Assembly: GCA_039586895.1 (NCBI GenBank)
Contig: JBDHJM010000001.1
Span: 8,882-72,881, forward strand
DNA length: 64,000 nucleotides
Reading direction: 5' to 3'
Source of the DNA: Gemmatimonadota bacterium
GTDB taxonomy: Bacteria > Gemmatimonadota > Gemmatimonadetes > Gemmatimonadales > GWC2-71-9
Shown here: piece by piece, positions 27,839 to 38,013 of the stretch
How the letters are laid out: every line of letters starts with the position of its first letter
How positions within the stretch are numbered: the first letter of the stretch is position 1
Position numbers and translations under genes: made by a program
The notes under the pieces: generated by a model
Seen by the model: the letters and a program-made list of their open reading frames with translations, nothing else
Told to the model about the DNA's origin: nothing
Databases searched by the model: none

Positions 27839-30800
27839 TAGTACCTGTTCTCCCAGAGGAAGTCCAAACCTAATTGATATCGCGCCGCCAGGTTGTAGTT
27901 GGGCGACTCGCAGCTTCGCAGGGGATCCACGCTCGCCGCCACCAGCCACCGCTGGCTGAGGCGGAACTCGAGGCTGGCGCCGATATCGATGCTGGAGGTC
28001 TGCGCCGCGCAGAGCCGCGGCTTGGCCCGCAGCAGCGCGCTCGTCCCAAGGACCTGGAACCTCTTGCCCACCACCAGCTCGGCGCCGGCCAGCTCGCCCG
28101 ACCGCCCCGTCTCGGGATTCACCTGGAAATAGTCCAGCGGGATGCCGACGTCGGACACGAGAGCGTAGCCGATCTGGCTCGACAGCGTCCCGAACGCCTG
28201 CTGCCATGCCAGCCATTGGGCGATCTGCCCCTCGTTCCCGGCACGCAGCCCAGGGGCGCCGAACACCAGCAGCGAAAAGATCTCGGTTTCCGACAGCGGC
28301 GGGCGGGCGTCGCTGCCGAGTGTGAGCGTCGGCTCGTACAGCGTGCCCCCTATGTTCACGTACACGGTGATGTCGTCACCGCGGTTGGTGTTGACCTTGT
28401 GCTCGGCCTCGATGTCGAGGTCGGCGTTGAGATCGTCGGTGCCCAGGTAGCGCACCTGTCCCCGAGTCACGCGGAACTCGCGCACCGAGCCCGTTCCCTC
28501 GGCCAACCCCACCTGCAGCTGGTAGGTGCCGCGGCGCGCCTCGAGAATGCCATCGAACCGATACAGATCGAGGGCCCGGCTCAGGTACACGAAGCCCTCG
28601 AGCTGGATGTCGGCTTCGGAGGAGCGCAGCCACATGTCGCGCCCCATCTCGACGCGCACGCTGTCTATCCGCAGGCTGTCTATGAACAGGTTCTCGAACC
28701 GCCTTCCCAGCCGCTCGCGCCTGAGGGCCGTGGTGTCGACGAACTGCGCGAACAGACTGTCCTCGAGGTTCACGATGTCCTTGCGCAGCATGTCCGCGAA
28801 ATGCAGCACGCCGTGAGTGGCCTCCGCCCGGCCGGTGAGCGCGGCTCCGAAAAACGGCCCCTGGAGGCGCACGTCCGCGGTGGTCGTGAGCGTGAGGAAG
28901 TCGGCCACGTTCATGGCCTCGAACTCGTCGCTGCTGATCTGTAGGTCGAGAATCGGCTTGCTCAGCTCGTCGAGCCGCACGTGACCCGTCACTTCGGCGG
29001 TGCCGCCTCCGCTGGCCAGCGTGAGCCGGCGCACGAGGATGCTGTCGCCCGAGAAGCCGATCAGTCCGCTGATGGAATCGTGGCGCACCCCCAGGGACGG
29101 AAGGGTCGCGCCACCACCATCCACCGAGATGCGTCCGCCCAGCACCGGATCGGCCCACGTGCCCATAACCCCGAAGTCGGCGTTCAGCATGCCGGCCAGT
29201 TCCTGCGCAGAGGGCAGAGTCCCCTCGAACGATGACAGGTCCACGCTGTCGGCAAGCGCGCGGATGCGAATCGGTCCGTCGAGGCGGCGCCGCTCTCTGG
29301 GCGCGAACGCGAGGTCGAGCGGGAGCTCCACCTCCACGTCGAGTATTGGTTCGCCCCGGCGCACCAGCCGAACCTCGCCGTCGAGCCGCTGATCCCGGTA
29401 GTCAACCACGAGCCGGATGTAGGGCGGGCGGAACCGGTCGAAGACGCCGTTGGCCAGGTTGCCGTCGATGCGGAACGTGGGCAGCTCCGCCGACCCGGCC
29501 AGCCGCAAGGTCCCTCCGACCTCGCCCCCCACGAGGTCGTGGTCGCCCTGCATGAGGAGCCAAACGTCGCCCACCGGAAGCGCGTCGACCGATCCGGTTA
29601 GGTCGCCCGGTCCCGAGAAGGGCACGCGGCCGTGTACCGCGGCAAACCCGCCTCCCCTCGTCTGATCGAACGCGACGCCGAACAGCGTGACGCCGCTGTC
29701 ATCCACGGCGACTACCGCCGCAGTGTCCAGGAACCAAGGGCCGGACGCAAGCAGCAGGCCGACCGAGTCCACCGGTATCGTGTAGCCCGTCGAGTCGATA
29801 AAGAGCGAGCCCCACCCGATCCAGCTGCCGCTCTCGTACTTCCCGAACACGCCCCGCGTGTGCCAATCGAGCGAGTCGAGCGAGCCTTCCGCCGCGACCT
29901 CCACGTCCGCGAAGCCGAGGTTTCGCACGCCCACAGAGTCAGCAGCGAGCGAGAACGCGAGCGCGCCCTCCGGGCTGTAGCTGATCCGGCCGGACGCGCC
30001 GGTCAGCTGCAGGTCGGCACGCCTCAGGTCTCCCTCGGCGAGATCCACCCTGAGCGCGAACGCATCGAGCGAGCCCTCCATCACTCCCGAGAGGCGGGCA
30101 CTGCCGCGGGGGGGAATCTCTCCCACATCGAGCGGACCCAGCCACTCCTCGAGCGTGGGCTCCAGCGCGCCGAGCGAGTCGCTGGCGACGGCGAACAACA
30201 GTATTCCGCGGCGCGGGGCCTCGATGCCGATGCCGCCCTGCGCACCGAGACGGAGCCCGCGCGCCCACACTTCCAGCGTGTCGAACTGCAGCAGTTGGTC
30301 TTCGACACCGACCGTGGCACGCACGCTGTCGAGGGCCACGCCGTTCACGAGCGACGGCCGCAGCGCCAGACGCAGTCTGCCGGACGCCGCGCCGTCGTAG
30401 CGGTCCACGCCGCCGCCCTCCACTGCACCGTCGAGCCGCGTCACGGGCAGGGAAGAATCCAGTGCCTGCAGGTCGAGAGCGGCGAGCTCGGCTCTCAGGA
30501 AGTGCGCGCCGCGGCGGTCCTCCAGCAGCTGCAATGCCGCGGCCCCCCGCACCTCGCCGGCGGGTCCGGCCAGCTGGACGTCCATTTCCAGGGAATCGAG
30601 CCAGCCTGCGAAGACCACACGCCCTGCGAGAGCGCTCTGCAGCCCGAAGCCGGTGTACGTCGACTCGAAGCTGCCGAGGTGGAGCGAGTCGAACTGGACG
30701 TCGCCCCACAGCCCGACGGTGTCGCCCTGCGCGTCCACCGTGAACCTGCCGTGCGCCGTCGTCTCGGGCAGCGGGGCGTCGGCGTAGCGCAGCACGCCAT

Positions 30801-32208
30801 CGTAGGTCGGGTTGAGCCAGGCGCCGTTCAGCGTGCCGCTGCCGCGCATGCGGCCCAGCAGATCGATGGCGCTGATGAGCCGCCGCACGGTTCCCAGCGC
30901 GATGTCGGCCGAGTCCAGTGCGAAGTCGTGGAACACGAACTCTCCGGGGCCGCCCACCGCCACGATTCCCTCGCCGCGGATGTACGACTCGGGCCAGCCC
31001 TCGACGAGCGAGTCCCGAAACGTCCCGTGAACGCCGAGCAGCAGGTCATCCCGCGGCCCGTTGGCCCAGACGCGCCCCGTCAGCCGCCCCAAAATGGGCA
31101 GCGTGTCGAACACCGCCCGCGTGAACTCGAAGTCGAAGTTGTCGACGTCGAGGTCCATCCCCACCAGCGCCCAGTCGGAGCCCGGGCCGAGGACCGCACC
31201 GAGGCGCCCGCGCGCGGCCCCGCGGCCGCCCAGCCCCGTCAGGTCCATCTCTTCGCCCTCGATCTCGGTCACACTGCCGCCGTTCAAGGCGCGCACCGAG
31301 AAGCGGCCGCTTCCGGCGAGCCCGGGCGGAAGGTCGCGCGCGAGACCGAGCACCTCGTCCGACACGACGTAGGCGGCGTCGATCTCCAGGTTGGGGAGCA
31401 GCGGCCCGGTGAACCACGTCAGGGCGCCAGTCACCCCTGCCTCGCTCTGCGGCAGCCGCACGCGGGACAGATCCATGGCAATGGAGTCGCCCTGGATCTC
31501 CACCACCCCCCGCGCCGCGGCCAGTGACACGGCGGGATCGGACGCCTCGGCTCGCAGCCGTTCGATCTCGATCCGGATGGCGTCGTCCCCAGGCAGCGGA
31601 GACGCGATGCGCACGTACGGGAAGCGGCCGTTGATGCCCTCTACGCGGCGCACGCGGAGATAGCCGCGCGGTCCCTCCTCTCCCTCCAGCACCGAGGGCC
31701 TGCCGCGCCGCTCCGGAGTGCGGATGAGCACGCTGCCGTCTATCACGATCGCATCGTTGAACGCGATCAGCGGACCCGGCCCACCGTCCTCGCCGTCGTC
31801 ACCGTCCCCGCCTCCCGACAGGATCACGTCGGCGTTGAGCTTCTCGCCGCGCGCCCACTGCACCAGGTTCACCCGCGGCCTGACCAGGGTGAGCTGGCCC
31901 AGCACGATGCGTCCGCTCAGGAGGTCGTTGAGGCGGTAGCGCAGGCCGACCCGGTCGATGGTCGCGAACAGCACGCCGTCCTCACCCACCACCGTCACGT
32001 CCTGCACCTCGAGCCCGCGCAAGAACGAGCCACCCACTTCGCCGATCGTGAGCGTGGCGCGCAGGTTGTCGTTGGCGGCGCGCTCGGCCAGTTCCACCAC
32101 CAGCCGGCGCCCGGGGGCCGTGCGGAACGCAGCCGCACCCAGCCCGAGCACGGTCCCCCCGAGCCAGCAGACGACGATCAAGAGCCAGACCAGGGCCGGA
32201 CGGCGCAT
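27838..32208 (-). CDS. tamB: Translocation and assembly module protein TamB (AsmA-like, DUF490 C-terminus)
   Basis: 1456 aa. N-terminal TM anchor and a long beta-rich repetitive body. Lies immediately downstream of an Omp85-family gene with a 1-nt overlap. Confidence 0.85.
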   Translation of the reverse strand: MRRPALVWLLIVVCWLGGTVLGLGAAAFRTAPGRRLVVELAERAANDNLRATLTIGEVGGSFLRGLEVQDVTVVGEDGVLFATIDRVGLRYRLNDLLSGRIVLGQLTLVRPRVNLVQWARGEKLNADVILSGGGDGDDGEDGGPGPLIAFNDAIVIDGSVLIRTPERRGRPSVLEGEEGPRGYLRVRRVEGINGRFPYVRIASPLPGDDAIRIEIERLRAEASDPAVSLAAARGVVEIQGDSIAMDLSRVRLPQSEAGVTGALTWFTGPLLPNLEIDAAYVVSDEVLGLARDLPPGLAGSGRFSVRALNGGSVTEIEGEEMDLTGLGGRGAARGRLGAVLGPGSDWALVGMDLDVDNFDFEFTRAVFDTLPILGRLTGRVWANGPRDDLLLGVHGTFRDSLVEGWPESYIRGEGIVAVGGPGEFVFHDFALDSADIALGTVRRLISAIDLLGRMRGSGTLNGAWLNPTYDGVLRYADAPLPETTAHGRFTVDAQGDTVGLWGDVQFDSLHLGSFESTYTGFGLQSALAGRVVFAGWLDSLEMDVQLAGPAGEVRGAAALQLLEDRRGAHFLRAELAALDLQALDSSLPVTRLDGAVEGGGVDRYDGAASGRLRLALRPSLVNGVALDSVRATVGVEDQLLQFDTLEVWARGLRLGAQGGIGIEAPRRGILLFAVASDSLGALEPTLEEWLGPLDVGEIPPRGSARLSGVMEGSLDAFALRVDLAEGDLRRADLQLTGASGRISYSPEGALAFSLAADSVGVRNLGFADVEVAAEGSLDSLDWHTRGVFGKYESGSWIGWGSLFIDSTGYTIPVDSVGLLLASGPWFLDTAAVVAVDDSGVTLFGVAFDQTRGGGFAAVHGRVPFSGPGDLTGSVDALPVGDVWLLMQGDHDLVGGEVGGTLRLAGSAELPTFRIDGNLANGVFDRFRPPYIRLVVDYRDQRLDGEVRLVRRGEPILDVEVELPLDLAFAPRERRRLDGPIRIRALADSVDLSSFEGTLPSAQELAGMLNADFGVMGTWADPVLGGRISVDGGGATLPSLGVRHDSISGLIGFSGDSILVRRLTLASGGGTAEVTGHVRLDELSKPILDLQISSDEFEAMNVADFLTLTTTADVRLQGPFFGAALTGRAEATHGVLHFADMLRKDIVNLEDSLFAQFVDTTALRRERLGRRFENLFIDSLRIDSVRVEMGRDMWLRSSEADIQLEGFVYLSRALDLYRFDGILEARRGTYQLQVGLAEGTGSVREFRVTRGQVRYLGTDDLNADLDIEAEHKVNTNRGDDITVYVNIGGTLYEPTLTLGSDARPPLSETEIFSLLVFGAPGLRAGNEGQIAQWLAWQQAFGTLSSQIGYALVSDVGIPLDYFQVNPETGRSGELAGAELVVGKRFQVLGTSALLRAKPRLCAAQTSSIDIGASLEFRLSQRWLVAASVDPLRSCESPNYNLAARYQLGLDFLWENRY

Positions 32209-34442
32209 CAGAAGGCCTGCCCTATCGAGAAGTTGAGCTGGAAGTGGTCCCAGAAGCTGGACTCGGGGGCGAAGTCCTCTTGCAGCAGCACCAGGACGTT
32301 GTCGATCAGCTGTCCCTGCGCGTCCAGAATCCGGAGGTCGGCGTACAGTGGCGCCGCTTCCGGCGGGTACGGGTTGATGCCGATGTCCAGGCGGATCGGC
32401 CCCAGGGGCGAAGCGATGCGGATTCCCACGCCCGGCGTCAGGCGCAGCTCACTCAGGTCGAAGATCTTGCCCTGCCTGATGATCACCTGGCCGGCATCGA
32501 GGAATACTGCTGCAGTGAAGGTGCGCGACAGCGCGTAGCGCCACTCCACGTTCGCCAGGAACAGGTCGTTGCCGCCCGAGGCCGAGGTCCGCAGCGTCGT
32601 CGTGTCGACGTCCACCATTCCCGCGGAGTCGACGGCGTCCACAACGCGCTGGATCGGACCCAGCTGATTGAACGGGAAGCCCCGCACCGTGTTGGGCCCA
32701 CCTGCGTAGAAGCGCTCGTCCACCGGCACGAAGCGGAGCGCTTGTCCTTCGAAACCGCGCTCCGGTGCCACGATCGCGCCGAGCTTCACCCGCCACCCCA
32801 CCACACTGCGCCGCGAAAGCTGGTGGTGGGAGGCGTACTCGGCCACGCCCTTGAGGAACTGCGACAGGGTGTCGGACCCGACCAGCGGACCCGAGTAGCG
32901 CACTTCGGCCGAGAGCCGGCCGCCGCGAATCGGATCGACCAAGGGGAGGCGGCGCTCCCGCGCAAACGCCGCCGAGATGACGCCGCGGAACTGCGGCTCC
33001 TTGAACGCCTCGATGTCCTCCTCACGGCAAACATTCAGGAACGTGCAGTAGGTCACGTTTTCGGCGAGCGTCTGACCGTACGCCAGGCTGTAGCCGAGCG
33101 TGAGCGGCATGCGCCAGGCCAGCTTGTAAGTCCAGGCCAGTCCGCCGCCCGCCGCAGTGCGCACGAACGCCGCGAGCTCGCTGTGCCGCTCGGTAAACAC
33201 GGACAGCACGGCCTCGGCCCGGCGGTGGAACACGAACGGCTGGGTGATCGCCGCGGACAGGTTGAAGTTCAGATCCAGGCGCTCTTCGGGCTCGTCGCTC
33301 AGCGCGGGGCACAGCGAGTTGGAGAGATTGACCGGATTGCCCGCGCCGATCTTGGAGAAGCCGGCGAACAGGTCGAGCCGCCGGCCACCCCCCGTGAAGT
33401 TGCGTGCGGTCCACCCGGTGAGGCCGCGGAAGCAGTCCACCGTTCCGTACCCTGCGCCGAACCGCAGCCGGTGCAGCGGCCCCTCCGCCACCTGCGCCAG
33501 CACGGTCGCGAGCGAATCGTCGGGTCCGCTGGGCAGGGAGTCGGCGAGCCGCACGGTCGCGTAGTTGAACATGCCGGTGCGGTACAGGTCGAGTTGGCTC
33601 TGGTACTGGTCGCGCCAGGAGTAGGTGCGGCCCTCCCGCAGCCACAGCGTCTTGCGCACGACGTTCGGGTGTATCGTCTCGGTGCCGCTCACCTCCACGC
33701 TGTCCACGGTGATCCGTGGTCCCGGTACCACCTCGAAGTGGATGTCGGCGGTGCGTGCAGCGACCCTCTCATCGAAGTTGCGGTACACCTCGGCGTAGGG
33801 GTATCCGCGCATCGCGAGCCGAGCCCGCACCGTGTCCACCGAGGCCTGGAACTGCAGCCGGTTGAACGGCCCGCCCACTCGCAGCGGCATGGCCTGGTAC
33901 AGCTCCTCGACGGGGACTATGTCGCTCGTGCCGGACACCCTCAGCGTCATCACGCGGATCGGTTCGCCCTCGTGGATGCGCACCGTTACGAACGCATCTC
34001 CGTTGGAGCGCCGCACTGTGGTGTCCACAGCCACGGCGGGGAAGCCGCTCAGCCGGTAGAGCGCCTCGAGGCGCAGCACGTCGCGGCGGAACTCCGTCTC
34101 GTCCAGACGGCTCTTGTGTCCCAGTCCGATCCAGCGGGTGACGCCCCACCGGGCTATGGCGGCGGAGTGGGTTGTGGCGATGGAGCGCCGCAGGGTGTAG
34201 TCGTCGATCGACTCGTTGCCCTCGAACGAGAGCCGGCGCACCACGAGGCCCTGCTGCGCCCCATTCTGACCCCAGACGGTGCCCGGCGCGCAGACCAGCG
34301 CAGCGATCAGCAGCGAGTGACGGAGTCGGGAACCGATGGGACGCCCCGTTCCCGCTCTAACGCGCCCCTGCCCGCCGCCCCCGCGAGCGTCGATTGACGC
34401 CGCCCCGGGCTGCCGGTAGGTTGCCGCTCCGGATGTTCGCAA
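32208..34442 (-). CDS. Omp85/BamA-family outer-membrane protein (TamA-like; POTRA repeats + beta-barrel)
   Basis: POTRA-like VVRRLSFEGNESIDDYTLRRSI..., C-terminal barrel ending ...FQLNFSIGQAF (terminal aromatic). The listed start is TTG 34442 and is uncertain. Confidence 0.85.
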   Translation of the reverse strand: MRTSGAATYRQPGAASIDARGGGGQGRVRAGTGRPIGSRLRHSLLIAALVCAPGTVWGQNGAQQGLVVRRLSFEGNESIDDYTLRRSIATTHSAAIARWGVTRWIGLGHKSRLDETEFRRDVLRLEALYRLSGFPAVAVDTTVRRSNGDAFVTVRIHEGEPIRVMTLRVSGTSDIVPVEELYQAMPLRVGGPFNRLQFQASVDTVRARLAMRGYPYAEVYRNFDERVAARTADIHFEVVPGPRITVDSVEVSGTETIHPNVVRKTLWLREGRTYSWRDQYQSQLDLYRTGMFNYATVRLADSLPSGPDDSLATVLAQVAEGPLHRLRFGAGYGTVDCFRGLTGWTARNFTGGGRRLDLFAGFSKIGAGNPVNLSNSLCPALSDEPEERLDLNFNLSAAITQPFVFHRRAEAVLSVFTERHSELAAFVRTAAGGGLAWTYKLAWRMPLTLGYSLAYGQTLAENVTYCTFLNVCREEDIEAFKEPQFRGVISAAFARERRLPLVDPIRGGRLSAEVRYSGPLVGSDTLSQFLKGVAEYASHHQLSRRSVVGWRVKLGAIVAPERGFEGQALRFVPVDERFYAGGPNTVRGFPFNQLGPIQRVVDAVDSAGMVDVDTTTLRTSASGGNDLFLANVEWRYALSRTFTAAVFLDAGQVIIRQGKIFDLSELRLTPGVGIRIASPLGPIRLDIGINPYPPEAAPLYADLRILDAQGQLIDNVLVLLQEDFAPESSFWDHFQLNFSIGQAF

Positions 34443-34470
34443 TCGGTACCTTCACGCAATCCATGATCCC

Positions 34471-35964
34471 ATGATCATACCCGCCCCGGCGTTCCGCAGC
34501 ATCCTCGCGAGCATCCTGGTGCTCGCGGTCGCCTCTTCCCTGGCCGCACAGGAGCCGCTGGCCGAGCGGCTGGACCGCCTGCTGGACGCTCCTCCCTACG
34601 ACCGCGCCCTGTGGGGCGTGCTGGTCGTGGACGGCAGGGGCCGGGAGCTCTACGCCCGCAACGCCGACCGGCTGTTCATTCCCGCATCGAACGCGAAGCT
34701 CGTCGTGTCCGCTGCCGCCAGCGCGCTGCTGCCGCCGGATTACCGCGCCGTGACGAGCGTCCATGCGACGGGCCCGCTGACCGATGGCGTCCTGGACGGA
34801 GACCTGGTGATCTATGGACGCGGGGACCCGACGTTCTCCGAGCGCTGCTACGGACCCGACACGCTCGCCGTCGGGGCCTGTGACTCTCTCTGGACCCGCG
34901 TGGATATGCTGGCCGACCGCATCGCGGCGCGCGGTGTGCGTCACGTGACCGGTGCCATCGTGGGGGATGGGAGCTTCTTCGACGCCACGCTGGTGCACCC
35001 GGCGTGGGAAACATACGACGTCAACTGGTGGTACGCGGCACCCGTCTCGGGTCTCGGGTTCAATGATAACTCGGTGAACGTGACATGGGGCCCGGGGCCG
35101 GCCGTGAACGCACCCGCACGGGTGTCGTTCGAGCCCGATCTGGGGCTGTTCCGCTTCGAGAACCGCACCCGCACGGTGCCGGCGGGCGAGCGCCGCACGA
35201 TCGACTTCTTCCGGAAGCCGGGCACGATGGATATCTGGAGCGAGGGCACGGTCCCGCTGGAGCACCGCCAGCGGACCGAGTACTTCGCGCTGCCCGACCC
35301 GAACCTCTACTTCGCCGCTGCGCTGCGCGCCGCCCTGGCCCGAAGGGGTGTGAGTGTGGCCGGGCCGACGCTCTCGACTACCGACTCGCTGACTTACGCA
35401 GCCGCGCGGCAGCGGGGCCCGCTCGTGGAGTTCGACTCTCGCTCCGTCGCGGACATGATCTTCCCGATACTCAACTCGAGCCAGAACTGGTTCGCCGAGA
35501 TGCTGCTCAAGACGGTGGGCCGCCGCGCGGGCGGGGTGGGGTCGTGGCGTTCCGGTCTCGAGGCGGAGAAGCGCTTCCTCATTGACTCGGTGGGGATCGA
35601 CTCCACCGCCTTCGCACTGAGCGACGGATCCGGACTGTCCAGCGGCAACCTGATCACGCCGCGTGCGTTCGCGCGGCTGTTGGCCTACATGCTGCACCAT
35701 CCCAACAACGAAGGCTTCATGCGCGCGCTGGCCCGCGCGGGAGAACGGGGATCGCTCAGGAACCGCTTCGGCGGCACGCCGCTCGAGGGCCGCGTGCTGG
35801 CAAAGACCGGGAGCATATTCCGGGTGCAGACGCTGAGCGGCTACATCGAGCGGCCCGACGGGGAGATCCTCGTGTTCTCGGTGATGGTGAACAACTACGT
35901 GGGGCGCTACAGCGGCATGATGAACCAGATCGATGCGGCGGTCGTCGAGATGGGCAGAGAGTAA
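34471..35964 (+). CDS. dacB: D-alanyl-D-alanine carboxypeptidase/endopeptidase (PBP4, peptidase S13)
   Basis: Signal peptide, SxxK motif (PASNAKL), ...LSDGSGLS..., ...KTGS... Confidence 0.9.
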   Translation: MIIPAPAFRSILASILVLAVASSLAAQEPLAERLDRLLDAPPYDRALWGVLVVDGRGRELYARNADRLFIPASNAKLVVSAAASALLPPDYRAVTSVHATGPLTDGVLDGDLVIYGRGDPTFSERCYGPDTLAVGACDSLWTRVDMLADRIAARGVRHVTGAIVGDGSFFDATLVHPAWETYDVNWWYAAPVSGLGFNDNSVNVTWGPGPAVNAPARVSFEPDLGLFRFENRTRTVPAGERRTIDFFRKPGTMDIWSEGTVPLEHRQRTEYFALPDPNLYFAAALRAALARRGVSVAGPTLSTTDSLTYAAARQRGPLVEFDSRSVADMIFPILNSSQNWFAEMLLKTVGRRAGGVGSWRSGLEAEKRFLIDSVGIDSTAFALSDGSGLSSGNLITPRAFARLLAYMLHHPNNEGFMRALARAGERGSLRNRFGGTPLEGRVLAKTGSIFRVQTLSGYIERPDGEILVFSVMVNNYVGRYSGMMNQIDAAVVEMGRE

Positions 35965-35975
35965 GCGGCCGCTTC

Positions 35976-37379
35976 TCACCGAGCCGCGCGCAGTGCCGCC
36001 ATCATCTCGTCCACGCTGCAGAACTTCACGCGCGGCCTACCCGCGCCTTCGCCCCGCTCGACCTCCACCCGGTCCAGCACTCGCCAATCGCCGAACGAAA
36101 TGGTCCGTGGCTGGCGCTCGCGCACCATCTGGTCGGCAGCCTCCGGATCGGGGTGCGGCGGATCCAGCATCCGGCCGGCGTGAGCATCCTCCACCATGCG
36201 CGCTACGGTCTCGGCGGCGTCGGGTTTGTTGGTGCCGATCACGCCCGACGGGCCGCGTTTGATCCACCCACTCACGTAGAGTCCCGGCAGCGGCGCGCCG
36301 CCTTCCTGCGGCACGACCCGGCCGTCTTCGTTCGGCACTATCCCCCACCTCTCGTGGAACGGCAGCCCGGGGAGCGGCACCCCACGGTATCCCACGGATC
36401 GGAACACCATGTCCACCGGCAACTCCTCGATCCGTTCCGTGGGACGCGGCCTGAGTGAGCCGTCGTCGCTCGCATACAGCTCGTTCTGCACCAGCTTCAT
36501 CCCGGTTACCTGGCCGGCCGCGTTGCCGGTCAGCTCGAGCGGCGAGACGAGAAACCTGAGCGTGAGCTTCCGCTCCTTCCCTTCCGCCGGACGTGCGGCG
36601 GCGGCCTGCAGGATCTCGACCTTTTTGCGCAGGGCGGGATCGTCCGACCGATCGACCATCTCCCGGCTCAACTGGTCGAGGTGCACCTCCTCCGGCCGCA
36701 GCACGAAGTCGGCCCCTTCCAGCTCGCCGAGCTCCTTCACCTCCGCGTTGGTGCAGGCGGCCTGGGCCGGACCGCGCCGCGCCAGGACGACCACCTCCTT
36801 CACGCGGCTGCGGCTGAGGGCATCGAGAGCGTAGTCCGCGATGTCGGTCGTGGCGAGTTCCTCGGGAGTGCGGCACAGGATGCGGGCCACGTCCACCGCC
36901 ACGTTCCCGATGCCCACCACCGCGACGCGCTCGACCGAGAGGTCGAACTCGTGGTCGCGGTAGTCGGGATGGCCGTTGTACCACGCCACGAACTCGGTTG
37001 CCGTGTGGGAGCGGGCCAGGTCCTCGCCGGGGATGTCCATGCGGCGGTCGGTCTGTGCACCGGTCGCGAAGCAGACCTGATGGTAGTGCCGCTGCAGATC
37101 CTCCAGTGTCACGTCCGCGCCGTAGTCGACGTTGCCGTAGAACCGGAAGCCCGGGCGCCCCGCGATCTTGTCGTAGACGCGGACTACCTTCTTGATCTTG
37201 GCGTGGTCCGGCGCGACCCCGAAGCGCACCAGTCCGAACGGCGTGGGCAGCCGCTCGTACATGTCCACCAATACGGTCAGGTCGTCGCGCCCCAGAAGGT
37301 GCTCCGCCGTGTAGAACGCAGCGGGCCCCGAGCCGATGATCGCAACGCGCAGTGGTTCGCTCGCGGTGCCTGGAGTCAT
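35976..37379 (-). CDS. FprA/adrenodoxin-reductase-type NADPH:ferredoxin reductase
   Basis: VAIIGSGPAAFYTAEHLL (FAD GxGxxA), ...VAVVGIGNVAVDVARIL (NADP site). 467 aa. Confidence 0.85.
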   Translation of the reverse strand: MTPGTASEPLRVAIIGSGPAAFYTAEHLLGRDDLTVLVDMYERLPTPFGLVRFGVAPDHAKIKKVVRVYDKIAGRPGFRFYGNVDYGADVTLEDLQRHYHQVCFATGAQTDRRMDIPGEDLARSHTATEFVAWYNGHPDYRDHEFDLSVERVAVVGIGNVAVDVARILCRTPEELATTDIADYALDALSRSRVKEVVVLARRGPAQAACTNAEVKELGELEGADFVLRPEEVHLDQLSREMVDRSDDPALRKKVEILQAAAARPAEGKERKLTLRFLVSPLELTGNAAGQVTGMKLVQNELYASDDGSLRPRPTERIEELPVDMVFRSVGYRGVPLPGLPFHERWGIVPNEDGRVVPQEGGAPLPGLYVSGWIKRGPSGVIGTNKPDAAETVARMVEDAHAGRMLDPPHPDPEAADQMVRERQPRTISFGDWRVLDRVEVERGEGAGRPRVKFCSVDEMMAALRAAR

Positions 37380-37466
37380 GCGGCATTGTACAGCGCGGGC
37401 CAGTCCCGTGTAAGTCGCCGGCGCTGCCTTCCCCCGCTCCGCCGCACGGCCTAGCTTCCCGGAACT

Positions 37467-38012
37467 GTGACGATCTACACCAAGACGGGCGACGGCGGGG
37501 AGACCTCCTTCTTCGGGGGCGGACGGGTCCCCAAGGACGATGTCCGCGTTGCCGCGTACGGCAGCGTCGACGAGCTCAACTCGGCGCTCGGAGTGGCCAT
37601 CGCGACCGACCCCGGAGACTTCGAGGCCGATCTGCTGCAGCGGGTGCAGTCCGACCTGCTCGCCATAGGCGGCAGGCTCGCGAGCCCCGATCCGGGCAAG
37701 GTGGCCAAGGCGCTGGACCGGGCACCCGTGAGCGACGAGCGGGTGGCCGACCTGGAGGCGGCAATAGACCGCGCCGAGGAAGAGCTGCCTTCGCTGACAC
37801 AGTTTCTACTGCCGGGCGGCACGCTCAAGGCGGCGCAGCTGCACTTTGCGCGAACCGCATGCCGCCGAGCCGAGCGGCAGGTCGTAGCGCTGAGCCACCA
37901 AGCGGCTCTCGCGCCCGCGATCCTGCGCTACCTGAACCGCCTGTCGGATCTGCTCTTCGTGCTGGCGCGTTTGGCCAACCTCAGGGCAGGTACGACCGAC
38001 CGGACCTGGTAA
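37467..38012 (+). CDS. ATP:cob(I)alamin adenosyltransferase, PduO type
   Basis: IYTKTGDGGETS...R..KDD.RV.AYG.VDELNS..G. GTG start. Confidence 0.9.
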   Translation: MTIYTKTGDGGETSFFGGGRVPKDDVRVAAYGSVDELNSALGVAIATDPGDFEADLLQRVQSDLLAIGGRLASPDPGKVAKALDRAPVSDERVADLEAAIDRAEEELPSLTQFLLPGGTLKAAQLHFARTACRRAERQVVALSHQAALAPAILRYLNRLSDLLFVLARLANLRAGTTDRTW

Positions 38013-38013
38013 C

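Noticed and set aside
34443-34470. A 28-nt divergent spacer between the Omp85-family gene and dacB as a shared bidirectional promoter
   Set aside because: It is too short to hold two promoters. More likely the TTG 34442 start of the Omp85-family gene is over-extended, since the signal peptide begins about 40 codons later. I cannot fix the true start by eye.
35962-35978. Palindrome AAGCGGCCGCTT between the convergent dacB and fprA-type genes as a terminator
   Set aside because: It is a 12-nt perfect palindrome with no loop and no U-tract, too short to call a terminator. It is noted only as a possible protein or restriction-type site.
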